From Eremomyces bilateralis CBS 781.70 (taxonomy: Eukaryota): a stretch of 64,000 bases of DNA. Below, in pieces: positions 24,136-37,590 of this stretch. Below the pieces are notes generated by a model. It saw only the letters and a program-made list of their open reading frames with translations. It made no database searches and was not told the origin of the DNA. A program made the translations under genes and the position numbers. How positions within the stretch are numbered: position 1 is the stretch's first letter; every line of letters starts with the position of its first letter. The stretch lies in the NCBI GenBank assembly GCA_010015585.1, contig ML975153.1. One strand, given 5' to 3'.

Positions 24136-25895
24136 ATGGGGAAAATATTTACATCAGACGAAGGTCTGTCTTGTCCCTATCGTATCCCTATTCTGATGAA
24201 CTCCATTGACACGACCCTAGTATCGAAACATAAGACCCAAGACAGTTGCTATGTGATATTGTATGGCGTCGTATACGATGTGACGTCGTTTCTCCCCTCC
24301 CACCCCGGAGGCGCCACGGCGATCCTGAATTTTGCCGGGCAAGATGCCACGGAAGAATTCGACCCGATCCATCCACCGGGAACATTAGAAGAGGCGCTTC
24401 CACCATCTGCCAAACTCGGCACCATCGATACGTCCACGCTTCCCGCGAAACTGGCCGAACCATCAGCTCCTACTCCGCCATCAGCTCCATCCTCCCAACC
24501 CCGGAACGTCTGGTCCCCCGAGTCCGTCTCCGATTGCCTCTCCCTCACCGATATCGAGACCCTCGCCACCAAGCGCCTCTCCTCCCGCGCCTGGTCATAT
24601 TACTACTCCGCTGCCGACGACCTGCTCAGCAAGTCTCTCAACCAACTCGCCTACCAACGCATCCTCCTCCGCCCACGCGTCTTTCTCGACGTCACCCGCT
24701 GCTCCCTCCGCACCCACCTCCTCGGCCGCCTCCCCGTCCAACTCCCCATCTTCGTGTGTCCCGCCGCGATGGCCCGTCTAGCGCACCCGGCCGGCGAGCA
24801 CGGGATCGCGCAGGCATGTGCACGGTTCGGCGCCGCGCAGATCATCTCGAACAACGCGTCGCTCAGCCCCGAGCAGATCGTCGACGGCGCGCCCGCGGAG
24901 CAGGTGTTCGGGTGGCAGCTGTACGTGCAGACCGACCGGCGGAAGAGCGAGGCGATGCTGGCGCGGATGGCGAAATTGAAGAACGTACGATTCGTCGTGC
25001 TAACGTTGGATGCGCCGGTGCCGGGGAAGAGGGAGCATGATGAGCGGAGACAAGGGCCAGCGACGGCGTTGAAAGGGGCGACGGAGAGGATCAGAGAGGA
25101 GAATCCTGATGTTGCATCGTCAGGCCCGAAAGGCGGGGAAACCACCGCGGATGGGGTGTCCAATGTTGAAGGCGGCAACGCCGAAGGTGGGGTGGGAAAG
25201 ACGCTCTTTGCAGGGACGGCGGCCGATCTGACCTGGAGGACGACGCTGCCATGGCTCGCGGGTCACACCGACCTTCCAATCGTCCTGAAAGGGATCCAGA
25301 CGCACGAAGATGCATATCTAGCCGCGAACCACGGGCCCCAGGTGAAGGCGATCGCTCTGAGCAACCACGGCGGCAGGGCGATGGACACGGCACCACCCGC
25401 GGTGCACACGCTGATGGAGATTCGCAAATACTGCCCGGAGGTGTTTGATAAAGTGGACGTGTGGGTGGACGGCGGCATCAAAAGAGGGACCGATGTGGTG
25501 AAGGCATTGGCGTTGGGTGCGAAAGCGGTCGGGATTGGTAGATCTCCCTTGTACGGGCTAGGAGCGGGTGGGGTAGAGGGGGTTGAAAAGGTGCTCGAGA
25601 GTAAGTTCACACCTTCATAGTGGAAGACAGAGTACCCTGAAACTAATGGATGTGCGCAGTTCTTCAATCGGAGACACAAACGGCAATGAGGCTACTAGGG
25701 GTCGAGACGGTTGACCAATTGGGACCCCAACATGTAAGTGTCGAGTTGAGATATTCTCAACCAAAGATGCGTCTCTTGCTAACTATACTAAAGATCAACA
25801 CTCGTGCATTGGAGATGGAAATCTACGACGGACCACCCAATCTCGAAAACAGCTATGGTATGTGGCGACGTCTGGGGTGCCGTCCACGGTTGTGA
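24136..25895 (+). CDS. Flavocytochrome b2 / FMN-dependent alpha-hydroxy acid dehydrogenase with N-terminal cytochrome b5 domain; no mitochondrial presequence; PTS1-like -PRL end
   Basis: Introns 24164-24220, 25601-25659 and 25734-25793; [14 protein letters not shown] heme motif, [43 protein letters not shown]. Confidence 0.92.
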
Positions 25896-26954
25896 TGCGA
25901 AGGAAGTATAAATACTTGTACATATTTTAGATGGCATGTAGCCGGGATGGTAAGGATGATACCCCGCAAAGATATAAATTCGTTTAGCCCTCCTGACGTT
26001 TTGGATTGTCTTCTCACTTTGATACCATGATCGGGGCCAAAAGGAATTGATGGACGTTCACCATTAGCAACCCTCCACCCTACCTACCTAAACGGAGAAT
26101 CGCAATTATGGTCTTAAATGAAAAGTAGTGCAAGACATAGCTCAAAGGAGGCAACCCGAGGCGAAAGGAAGGGAGAATTGTAGTCATGGGATAGGATATT
26201 GACGGTCGCCCAGAACTTCGAAGGCCAGCTGCTCAGTAAGCCGAGCAGGATGAGTTGGAACTTGGAAGAATATGTAGGCCCAGTAGGCTATCCAAACGGG
26301 AAATCCGGGTATTCGGGACGTGCCGTACAAGAAGCCTTATTAGCTATTATGTACTCATTTATAGGGAGGTAGTACGGAATTACAGACAAATAACTGACAT
26401 TTCCGGATCAGGAGACCTGGAGAGACTGAGACGTTGTAGATGAACTTTCTTTCTTAATTGGATGGAACGAAATGGACGAAAAAGTCACGTGCGGGCATCT
26501 CTCGCATCCGGTCTCTCGCGTCCGACGAAAAGCCGAAATACAACTGTAGGACGTCGCCGCCTCGCGCGTGTGAAAGCGGAAGGGCGGAATGAGGATCAGT
26601 TGCCGCACGATGACGATGCCGCTCTCTCTCCAGTCTTTACGCAAAGTCGAACCACCACGGGGACTGTTCTACCGTCAAACGCCAAACATATTACATAAAT
26701 ACACAAAAATTCCCGATGAATGAGCTTTTAAGAATTAAATATACCCAGTAGAGAATTCAAGAGTTTTTTCTTCCCCTCCTCTTCCTGTTCTCCTGCTACT
26801 TGACCACTTGACCACTTCTATATCTTGCCAGTCCATCAATCATTCAGACTTTGTTTGTCGGTCCGTATTACAAGACAACCCACCTCGCATCCTCTCCGAA
26901 ACTTTCCAATCTGCCAGAAAAAGAGCCTCTCGCCGTCTGGGAGCCGATTACATC

Positions 26955-27709
26955 ATGAAGTTCCGATCTCCAGAAGTAGAAGCTGCCCTTCAAAAGTCCG
27001 TTGCCGGCATTCCTTCGTCTCAACGTCTCCATACTAACTCCCACGTAGGGAAACCATCCGTGGCCTCGCTTACGGTGGTATCACCGGTCTTGGACTCGGC
27101 TGGGCCGCCGTTCTCACCGCTTCCCGCCGCTACCAGCTCATCCGGGGCCTGACCATTCCCATGAAATGCTTCCTCGTCAGCTCCTCCGGGACCTTCGGCG
27201 CCATCATCCTGGCCGACCGCCTCACCCGCAGCTTTGAAGCCAGCCTGAACCCGAACCAATACCAAAGCGACAAGAAAGGCGAGCTGGCGCGGCAGACGCG
27301 CGCAGCGCAGACGTGGGGCGAGCGCACGAAAGACTATATGGCCGAGCATCGATATCCCATCGTCTTCGGCAGCTGGGTTGCATCCATGGGCATCGCGTTG
27401 GGGATAGTCGGCCGGAGTCCGTACCTGTCCACATCGCAGAAGCTCGTGCAGGCGCGTGTGTATGCGCAGGGGTTGACCGTTGCCGTGCTGTTGGCGAGCT
27501 TCGGTTTGGAGGCGTCAGATGCCACGCAAGGGAAGGGTCGATGGGGGTGGCAGACGGTGAAGGTGATGGAGGACGGCAAGGTGGTGGAGAAGCGGGTGCA
27601 CAAGGAGCGGTATGAGGGGGAGGACCGGTGGATGGATATGGTGGAAACCGAGCAACGGAGGGAGAAGGCGGAGGAGGAGGAGCGGAAGCGATTGCAGAAG
27701 GCCTCATGA
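26955..27709 (+). CDS. RCF2: HIG1-domain mitochondrial respiratory supercomplex factor 2-like
   Basis: Intron 26996-27048; FLVSSSGTFGAIILAD, YPIVFGSWVASM, QKLVQARVYAQGLTVAVL (QxRxxAQ HIG1 motif), HKERYEGEDRWMDMV. Confidence 0.85.
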
Positions 27710-28413
27710 GTTGGGATTGAAGGATTTAAAGCAGTGCCAATGTGAGATGCATGGCAAGGCGTTTGGCGTACGATTGGGTTTCTTTTGGCATAGACACCGG
27801 CATTGAACCGGCTTTAGGAAGGAGGCGATATTCGTCCCGCTGTACAGTATGGGACCTGTAATAACAGTTGCACAGGTGCACTGCACAATACCAATCACTC
27901 ACTCATGCAGATGTTTACGTGTTCCCAATTCCATGCAAGGGGATACCATCCTCAATGGCAATTGAAAGAAGTTGGTGTCGCTCGTTGTATCACAACCTGG
28001 TCCTAATTTGACCCTTTGAAGGGATACACTGTACCTCTCTACCGGTAAGTACGGTATTCATCAAACCCGAAGCCAGCTGATACCAATAGGATAGGTAATA
28101 TTACCTAAGGTACTTAAGTACCTAGTTCTGGACTTCAAATAGATGGGTTGGAGACTTGGTCGATTTACCATCCCGTCCCGTACCATACCGCCGTACCTGT
28201 GGTAGAGAAACCCTTAACTCCGGCTAACTCCCGAACCGAGCCGACATGACTGAACGCTCGGAAGTTCGACATATCCACCTCCTTGTCATCACCCACCATA
28301 TATTTCGTAAGAATTAACAGAAGATCTTGAATAGGGAATGCCTGGCCTTGTACATACGATATTGCGCCATTGGTTTTTTGGAAACCCCCTCCCTTTTTGA
28401 GGTAGTCTCAAAG

Positions 28414-29858
28414 ATGACGATACCGATCCCGCGCCTCCTCTCCCTCCTCCTCGACCTTCACTCCCAGCCCCATGAACATGTCGACAATCCCCCGACCACC
28501 CAAAAGCGAGCCTCCGTCGCTATTATCCTCCGCATACGTCCGACCTACTCCCACCCACCCCCCTCATCATCCAGTATCCCTTCCCCCGGTTCCCCCGACG
28601 CCGAATCCAACCCATCGGCCGCAACCGCTCGAGACCGCCTCTCCAACTTCTTCGCGCAAGATTGGGTCCGCCACGGATGCCCGGAGGTCCTCTTCATCAA
28701 GCGCACGTCGCGAAAGGGTGATCCCTGGGGAGGTCACATCGCGCTGCCGGGGGGGCGACGCGATCCTGAGGATGCCGACGACCTCGCGGCTGCAATCCGG
28801 GAAACGGAAGAAGAGGTGGGGTTGACATTGGTTCCCTGGAGGGAGGGCGAACAGGGCGGCCGAGGAGGTGCGAACTGTATCACGGTTGGCGGGTTGTCTC
28901 AACGGGTGATCACGAGCGATTGGGGAAAGCGAGCGTATGGGATTAAATTCACCCTTCGAGAGACCTTGATCTAACTGTCCTATCCAGCCTCATGGTCCTG
29001 TGCCCCTACATATTCCTACTCACGACGCCTGAAACCCCATCCCTTCGACTTCAGCCCACTGAAGTCCATTCGACGCATTGGGTGTCGCTGGAAAATCTAG
29101 CCGACCCGCAGAACCGGACTGTCTGGCGACAGGACGCCTCCGCCCAGTATCTCGGTCGTTCAACGTATTTGCGAATCGCGGCACATTCTCTGCTCGGCGA
29201 TATGCTCTTTGCTGCCATCCGACTCGTGCCGTCCGAGAGCGTTTGGTGTCCTGACAGCCATGCGCTGTATCCCCCCACCCTCACTTCCTCATCGCTGTTA
29301 AGCAAGATCCACCTCCCCGGTCTAGATCGGGACCCTCCGCCCTCGCCAACGAATACGCCGCTACTTCTCTGGGGACTCACGCTTGGCATCGTTGCCGACA
29401 TGCTCGATCTACAACCCTTACCCTCCGAACCGACCAGCCAGCAAGAGTCTCAACCCCTCCGCTTCTTCGTCTGGCCGACCTTCTCCGCCCCTGACATCCG
29501 CCTCGCCATCTTTCTGATCTCCTATCGGTTCCGCGCCGCGAGGAAGGAAACCGTGGAAGGACGCGTTGGGTCGGGAGTGGACGACTCCACGAATTCTCGA
29601 CGTCGAGGGGTGGAGGGGGTTGTCGATGCGGACACTACGGCGGTGAAGGGTGGGTTGGGGGACAGGAGTGATATCTGGCTCGGCGAGCTGCCGAACCGAT
29701 ACAAGGCGGGCAATCGGTCCATGATGTTTATGGACATGATGGCGGGTTACCATCATTTCCTGCGTTCCGGCGTCTATATCGCGCTGACTGGGAGGGTCGC
29801 GCTAGCAATCGTGCTTTCGGTCTTCTTTTACAAGCGTACAAAGCGGCTCAGTGGGTAA
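28414..29858 (+). CDS. Nudix hydrolase, CoA-pyrophosphatase-like subfamily, with C-terminal TM helix
   Basis: Intron 28935-28987; RASVAIIL, EVLFIKR, PWGGHIALPGGRRDPEDADDLAAAIRETEEEVGL (Nudix box), LQPTEV, LLWGLT. Confidence 0.88.
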
Positions 29859-30003
29859 GGAGCATCAGTGATGAACATATGATGCCCTAAGGATGTCTGG
29901 ATGCGAATTCGATAAATACATGTATGTAGTAGGTATAGACGGAATCTAGTTCTGGTATATTGAACGACTCGTTACCCGCCCAGACGCCAAAGCCCGACCC
30001 CGT

Positions 30004-31421
30004 TCATAAATCGCTATACATCCCCAGGGCCTGATCATCTTCGCCTCCAAACACATCGTACAACCGATCCAGTCCGGCAAAATGCTGCGCAATTCGCATT
30101 CCACGCAACCGCCGCTCCTCGATCTTCTCCCACGTCCACTCCCCCGCCTCCTGACTAAACGGAAACAGACTCTCCTCCAACATATCCGCATCCGTCGGCG
30201 CGGACGTCGGCGCGCCATCCAGCTCCGCCGGCGTCGTCGTCTCTGTCGCCAGCGCGCCGGGCGTCAGCAGTTGCCGGTTCGCGAGCGTCGGCAGCTGGTT
30301 CGCAGGCGGCGCGGTGGGAGGTTTCGGCGGCAGGAGATCGGAGCGCTGCAGCACCAGTTCGGGGGGGACGGTCAATCGGCCCTTCTTGACCACATACTTG
30401 GCGATGGAGCTCGCGTAGATCGTCTTCTTCAACTTTGCCCGGTGCGCGTCCCGCTCCGCCGGCGACATCTCCTCCCGTCGCTTCCGCGCCGCGCCCCCGC
30501 TTTTGGGGACGCGCCGGTTCCGCCACGGCTGGAAGATCCACCCGCCCTGGTCGGCGATCTCTTCCGACCATGCGCCGGCTTTCACGAAGTGCGAGACGAT
30601 GTACAGCCATTTCCGGTCCCAGCTCACTAGCCGCGTCCAGATCTCCACGCGCGCGAGCGGCGGGATCTCCCGGTGGAAGAGGCACGCGACTCCACCCATG
30701 GCCATGTTGAAATTGCCCGCTGGGATCTCCTTGGGCGTCTCCGGTGGGGTCGTGTGCATCGACGGCGTGTCCGCTCCATTGATCGCGGCCCCGTTCAACT
30801 TGGTGTCGCCGGGGACGTCATCGACGGCCTTCTCGGGGAGGCCTTGGTCGCGACGCTGCCGGTTGTGTTCCCGAATCTCGCGGTGGTACGTGCTCAGGCC
30901 GCGGATGCTCTTGCGCATTAAAGCGATTGCTAGGTGGGTGCGGGCGATGTCGAGGTCGGTGAAGTAGGTGCTGTTGGATTTGTGGATGTTGTAATCGCAT
31001 TCGGTGAGGGGGGTGCGGGTGGTGCTGATGATGGGCGCGAAGAGGGATCCGGGGGGGGCGTCGGCGGACTGGGCGTATAGTTGGCGGAAAAGCGAGTAGA
31101 AGAAGCGGGACTGGAGGAAGAGTTAGTATCGCGAGCTGATATTCGATGAATTCGAGGATCAGATGCTCTTGCACCGGATGGACATACATGCCAGACCCAT
31201 GGGAGATTCTTAAAATTGACGATGGCGAGGATCAGTGCAATAATGCGCCAGGGGCTTCCGAGGGCTTTCACATTGAGCCATTTCGATATCGTTCCCAATA
31301 TCGTCGCCCGGGCAGACGGTACAGACAGGACGGCCATGATCGCGATCAAGAGTCCTGTCACGACGGCCGTCGGAGCGAGAAGACGAGATGCCCGTCGTCG
31401 GGCATTTAAATGTGAAGCCAT
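30004..31421 (-). CDS. Hotdog-fold thioesterase-like membrane protein (THEM6/YBR096W-like)
   Basis: Intron 31187-31111; NFKNLPWVWHSRFF, ECDYNIHKSNSTYFTDLDIAR, MGGVACLFHREI, EIWTRLVSWDRKWLYIVSHFV, SIAKYVVKKGRLTVPPE. Confidence 0.82.
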
Positions 31422-32377
31422 TGTTCCCCACGTCTTGACCGCTGTCACAAGTCACGACGCTACGTACCACAGCACCGTGCAAGGCACCATTCACAAGCTG
31501 ATCAGCCTGTGTTCCCTTTTGGTGGCCCGGTATTAGTATTCGTTCGATTCGTCCGGGTCACTAAGTCCTTGGTTCGGCTCGTTTGACCCACTCGATCCCT
31601 AAAATCGATCGGGAATTCCTCCAATTATGCAAATGTGCACACGGGTTATCAGTATGACTGTATGAGGCACCATCCCCGGCTTTGGGGGAGTTGGCCCCAA
31701 GATATTCAATCATTCATCATCTATGACCCGTCGGAAATGGGGGGTAGTGAATAATGGTTTGTTAACCGAAGTGGAGAAGGGGCCGAAACACTTGATACCA
31801 TCTGACATCGAGACTAATCTCCATCTTGTACGCGGATTAGGGACGGAATGGAACCAAAGCATTTCCACCTGCCCGGTCCGACTTCATGCTCTGGCCTCTG
31901 AAGCATGAAGGAATCCCGTATTCGATTATCAGCAGTTGAAACAATCGCGCCGAGGCTACGGAGCCGGATCCCATAGGGAATCCATGCTCCGATGTCAGTC
32001 GCATGTGAAGACCGATGTGGACGACGTGCTCCGTATTTTAGTCATATTTATGAAGAATCTCTGTTTCTATGCTAGCTGGTCCTAGGCAAGGATCTATACT
32101 ACGCGTGTCGCGTATAATACATAGTTAAGGTATTAGCTACCTTGTTAGTTTGATAGAGTTTAAGGTAAGATTGATCTTTGACGTTATGAATGTGGGTTGA
32201 TCGGAGGTTGTTTTTGCGACAGACCAATCCACTCTAACAGTGATGGAACCACCTTGCGGTTGATACTTGATTTTCTCGACCTGTTGCTAGCCAAATCGTC
32301 CAAGTCCACAAGACTTCATCATCCAGGCGAAAGGTTGATTCAAGGTGTCCGCTCCTAGGACTGAGTCTGTTCCTCAC

Positions 32378-34751
32378 TCATCCATCCACCCCACCTTTTC
32401 CCTCTGCCTTCTTTCCCCCGCTGGTCACGATCACCACACCAACTCTTGCAGCCAGTGCTTCACGGATTGCGCAGGCTAGACATGTCGAATGGGTGTTTGC
32501 TACCACAGCATGCGCGCCGACGGATGCACACCACGCGCGGGCGAACACCTCGTTGTCTGATACGCCGAGGGCTTCGATGACGGTCACAGGTGCGGTCGAC
32601 GTCACCGGCTGCGATGCAGTCCGTGCGTATGGGTCGGAGTGAGTGCGTCGATGAGGCGGAGAGTGACCGAGCGTGAGGGTGGGCATGTCGTGCGGTTGGA
32701 GATCCCAGGACGCGGCCGATGGATGCTTGTCGAGAGTAAGCAAGTCGCCGTCTGGCTTGATTGCGCGGTAGGCGTAGCTTCGTAAAAGAGCTGGATCGGA
32801 CAATATATCAGTATAGTAATAGATTGGTAAGACTCGAAGAACACTCACGATGGGGACCTCCATAGCACGGATACGCCGCGATAAAATCTACATCATACTT
32901 TAATTTCAGTGGCCGACTGTTTCCCATGATGGCAAACAAAATCGTCGCATCGAACGTTAACGGTGCATCCGCTCCGAGCTTCGCTCGATTGACATCTTGT
33001 TTACGGATCGGTTCAAAGGCCAGCTTCTCCACGCGAATCCCATCGGAGACGTCCTCGAAATCCGGAAGTAACACGTCATAATTTTTGACCGCATAGCCTT
33101 CCTGAGATGGTCCCAGAGGGTGCGTGCGTCGCACCATGGAGTCCAAATCCGACGTGGTGAGCCTCCGCTGCAGCTCGGCCGGCACAGGTGCTTGTCGAAC
33201 CTGCACGCATTCGGTCCGCTTGAGGTCCGGGCTAAAGTTGCACGGGCCGATCCAGCCGGCAATGGTGTTGACACCCCGAAGTGCCCCAAGCACTCTACCC
33301 ACCACGCACGAGTGGCTCCAGTAGGTGACCGCGCGGTATTGAAACCCGGAAAAGGGCCGCATATGCGTCAGGTACTTCAACGCCTCTCCGGTCGCCCGAT
33401 CGCAGTCAATGAGGCTGTTCATGAGGAGCCAGGGGAGAGTCACCCCGGGGAGGACGACGCCGGTGAACCACGCCATGGCGTCGGCGGACCGATCCTCGAC
33501 AGGCTTCTCGGCCGTATCGGTTTCCGATAGGATGTATTGCACTTCACCAATGTTGGGCCATTTGAGAACGTTCGCGAAGCGAAGGAGCGCTTCCTTTTGC
33601 CGCTTCTTACTGTGGAGTTCGAAGCTAAAGGTGCTTTGGGAGGAAGAAATCTGTTCGCGTTTGATCCCGACGTTTTCCAGCCAGCGTTGGGCAACGGCAA
33701 GATCCCACGCGATCTTAGGGGGAAGCTGCATCAGAAGCTGGCGCTTGGATTTGTCTGTATGTCCCTGAGTGTGGATACGAAGATAAAGCTCCGAGGAGAG
33801 GAGCAGTTGATGAAAAAAGTGGTGTTTCCGAACTGGATCCATGCTATCAAAAAACTTTGCAACGACTTGATTCTTCAGTTGGCTGTAATCAACCCAGTCG
33901 ACGTGACTCAGGATCGTAATCAAGTCAATGATCTGCGTGTGCATGTCTTTGTGCGGTTCGGACCGCTTGTCTGGATCGTGAATCAATGTCCCGTAGAGAT
34001 ATGAGTATAACTTCTCCGGATCCTGCCCCTCTAGTTAGAGCGGGAAATGAGTTCACGGAGAAGTTGAACTGACCTCCTCCAACCCAAGCTCTAGCTTTGT
34101 TAGCCGGTCCAAGATCGAAATCAGTTTCATTTTCTTCGGCTTGACTGGTCCCTGCACTTTCACAGTCGGATTCGTGCAACCATAGCCGCTAACATAGTAG
34201 TTTAAGGTCGTGGTTCCCGGGTACTTCCCGAAACAATATGTCATACATGGCTGCTCGAGGGACATCCAGGGGAAAGCACTATCATCCGGCCCGGTCACCG
34301 TCAAAGAGATATCTCTGAAAGCGTCCGCATTCGTTTCGGCGCGGTCAGTTCGCTGGTAGTGCTCCGACTCCATGACAGCAAAGAACCGGCGGCTTCCCGG
34401 TGGTGCGTTCGGAATCTCGTCATAGTACCCCTTGAATGTGGAGGCCCCATTGCAAATGAGATCATCGGCATCTCGAGGAGACAGTATTGAGTCGTAGCCA
34501 TAGCCAGGGGGTGGCCATGAGCCCGCCAAGACCTCCTGAGGTGGTGGAGTGGGTGGACGGGAAGCGGGACCAAGACGGGTGGGTGGACTCAGCGGAAGCG
34601 AGCTTCGGCGGGGTGATGCCAGAACGTTGCGGTAATCTCGACCGCTCGAAGACGGTCGAGACGCGGTTGTTGTAGGGTAACCATCATAATCGACGGCTCC
34701 ATGGGGGATAGGAGTGGTAAATGATCGGTAAATATGGTTGGACTGCTCCAT
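32378..34751 (-). CDS. Hypothetical protein of globular appearance, 3 exons
   Basis: Introns 34073-34023 and 32848-32791 join three ORFs in frame; structured, aromatic-rich sequence (FPWMSLEQPCM, WDLAVAQRWL, YWSHSCVVGRVL, EVFARAWC...CLACAIREA). No function recognised. Confidence 0.8.
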
Positions 34752-35624
34752 GATAGGCGACCATTAGAAAAGTCCTGTTGTTGTTTTGAATCGCATTGAG
34801 GGCGGAAACAAGCACAGGATAAACGCAAGAAGAGATGCACAGTTCACAACAACGGCCCAACCCCACCTTGACTTTGACACATGCTACTGTATGACTGAAA
34901 TTCACCTACCGCAAGAGGTCCGGGTGGCTGAACATATCGCACTGGATGAGGGACCCAACGCGGATCAAAATCGCGTCGAGGACGCCAAAGTCCAAGATCG
35001 CCGCTCATGTCCTTGAAAACGCATGCCTCAGATGTTCCCAAATCAGGCCAACCTATTCTGTCCCGGGCATATCATGGGATTACTCCACAGCTCCTCTCCA
35101 GAGGAAGTCGCGGAGATTATGAAGTCGTGAGATATCAGATCGTGGAGTGTAGAAAGCCCCCGCTTTGGATGGCGTTCTGGACGTGGAGAGAGCCGGTGTG
35201 CGTCACCAAATCTGGATAATTCAGGTCAGTAACCAGCTGAGCCTATAACATTTGTAAATGGCGTTTCAGTGTTTAACTGAGCCTAAAACTGGAAATGAAG
35301 TGAACCATCTGTATTGTTTGAGGTTGTTGCGATGCTTTATTCCAGGCTACAGTGGGGTACAAACCCAAAATCGGCTTTACAGCCTGAGGCACCCAATTCA
35401 TTGTTTACGTTCAATTCTTGGCAGTATGTGCTGTCAACAACTCAATTAACTGTTCTCGAAGTAGAGAACCTAGAGGGCCCCCCAGTACCGGCCGTCTCGG
35501 CCACGTGGATTTGGATAGGGTGAATGAGATCAGAGCATATTCAACGACACCATACATGATACAATGTAGATTAGTCAGCTAGTTCCCCACATGGGCCGAC
35601 CGAAGCTGGCCCGACGGGCGCAGG

Positions 35625-35646
35625 AATCAATCAATCAATCAATCAA
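35625..35646 (+). repeat. (AATC)n microsatellite, ~5.5 copies
   Basis: aatcaatcaatcaatcaatcaa read directly. Confidence 0.85.
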
Positions 35647-36113
35647 CAACTCAATTAACTAAACGAACTAAGGTCAGAACAGAAGAGAAGAGTAGGATAC
35701 ACTGGTGGTCCCCTCTCCTGGGATTTACCATCACATATTTGTATGGTAGACACATGGAATTTTCATAATGGTTGTATTGCTCAGTATTGAGTTCCACCCA
35801 ATCCAATCACCCTAGGTATCATATATGGGCATGAAAATATGCTAGAATGCTATCCAAATGAACCCCCCGATAAAGGGGCTCATACCGTAGGCGCAAATGG
35901 CCCCGCGTTCCCATGCATTCGTGATCGCGTCTCGTATGTCCTTTGCCGCCGCATCATGTGGCGTCATGCTACTCGTTCCTTGCCATCTCAGGCAGATTCT
36001 CTCCCGACATAACTGTGATAGTGCAAGTGGCGTGCCGGTGGCAAGGACCAAGGCATTACGAAGCCGTATGGTAGATATACCATGCTGCTAACAACCCGGA
36101 ATCGATATTTCCT

Positions 36114-37590
36114 TCATTTACTTGATCTTTCTCGGCCCGAATCATGAGGTTGCTGCTGGCCGACTGAAATGGATGATCCCGTTTCGCTCGAAGCACTCAA
36201 CCCTTCCAGGACGTAGCCGTCCGCCCGATCCACCAAGCTGCGGTAATAATCCACGAGGACTTCGGGTTTGGGTACGATCTTCCAGTCCAACCGCTCCAAG
36301 AGGTCCAGCTCAAGCAAAGCAAGCTCCTTAATGCTCACGCCTCCCACCCGGGCGTACGTGCTGTTGGTCCAGAACGTGTCGGACAGACCTTTGGATGCAA
36401 CGGTGGCCGCAGTGATGAGAAATCGGTGGACCGTGAGTGAGGAGATGGTGAAGCCGGGAAAGAGGGAGCAAAGGCGGTCGATGTAGTAGACCATGGCGAG
36501 AACCAGAGGAGGCGAAAGGGTGGCGTGGATGATTAGGCGAAACAGGTAGTCGGAGACGGATATGCCAGGAGGTGCTCTAAAACATCCGTCAGTTCTGCGC
36601 TCAACCAAACCTCGCGTTGTGAGAGCCGGTCGAACATAGGCAACCATGAACTCACCGTGAATGAAACCTTGTCAACATGCCATCCTTCAAGGGGATGGAG
36701 TCATTCAGTCTGACCAGTTCCATCAACATCTCCGCCACGAGCTTCCCCAGGTCTTGCATGGACGCAGTTTCGTACCGGCGAGGCATCGTCTTGGCGTCTT
36801 GCGCTGCCGGTCGGGCTCGTTTCGATTCGGGGACATCTTGATCTTCCGGATCCTCGAATGTACTCGTCGATGCTTGCAATGTCCTTGCTGGTGTTTCCAC
36901 GGGGACTCCTGCAACAACACGAGGATCGGATTCCACCACATGCCCCGGTGGCCGTTCACCAGACCGTGGCTGTTCATTCTCACTGCTGTTTGTGAGCCCG
37001 GTACCAATACCCTGCGGCGCCTCTGACGGGCTGGCCCGCGAGGGTGGCACCTTTGGCAGATCCGTGGTGATGGATCCTCGACTGCTATGCGAGGATTGCT
37101 CTTCCTCTCGAGATATATCGTCCTTTCGGCGCTTCCCCGTGGTTGATGTCCTGCTCACAGCGCTGCTGGACCTATGGGGAGGCGGAATTACGGAAGGGAT
37201 AGAGGCGCTAGGACTGGGATCGGCCGCTGTAGCCGTAGAGCGAATTGGGACTTGAGATGTGGAAATGGGTTCAGTGGCTGGAAGTGAGCGCCTATGGGCG
37301 GTTGGGGGGAGTCCTTCGGGGGTGTATTGCGTTCCTACGTCGACCCTTGAGCCTGGATCAGAAGTGCGGGTGGTATTAGATATATGGGTTTGAAGTCGCG
37401 GAGACGTGGTGCTCGTGATGGGTATGGAGTCCCGAGAAAGCAATGTAGGAGAGTCGTTTGTCCACACACGGGGTGAGTATGGGGAGGATGTATCGGTTTG
37501 CGTAGTGCGGTAAGAGTTTCTGCTAGAATTACGGCGAAGGGTGGTGGGTGGGTGGGGTGGATGGGTTGGCGATGGACTGGACGTTAGCAT
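36114..37590 (-). CDS. PHO80: Pho80-family cyclin (NUC-1 negative regulator PREG)
   Basis: Intron 36655-36577; LTRFHSRAPPGISVSDYLFRL, YYIDRL, SLTVHRFLITAATVASKGLSDTFWTNSTYARVGGV, ELALLELDLL; long disordered N-terminus as in filamentous PREG. Confidence 0.9.

Noticed and set aside
24246..25178. Long alternative-frame and antisense ORFs (264 aa, 175 aa) within flavocytochrome b2
   Set aside because: Arg/Pro/Ala-rich products expected from GC-rich stop-poor frames; the same applies at 17786-18235, 30082-30967 and 43868-44533.
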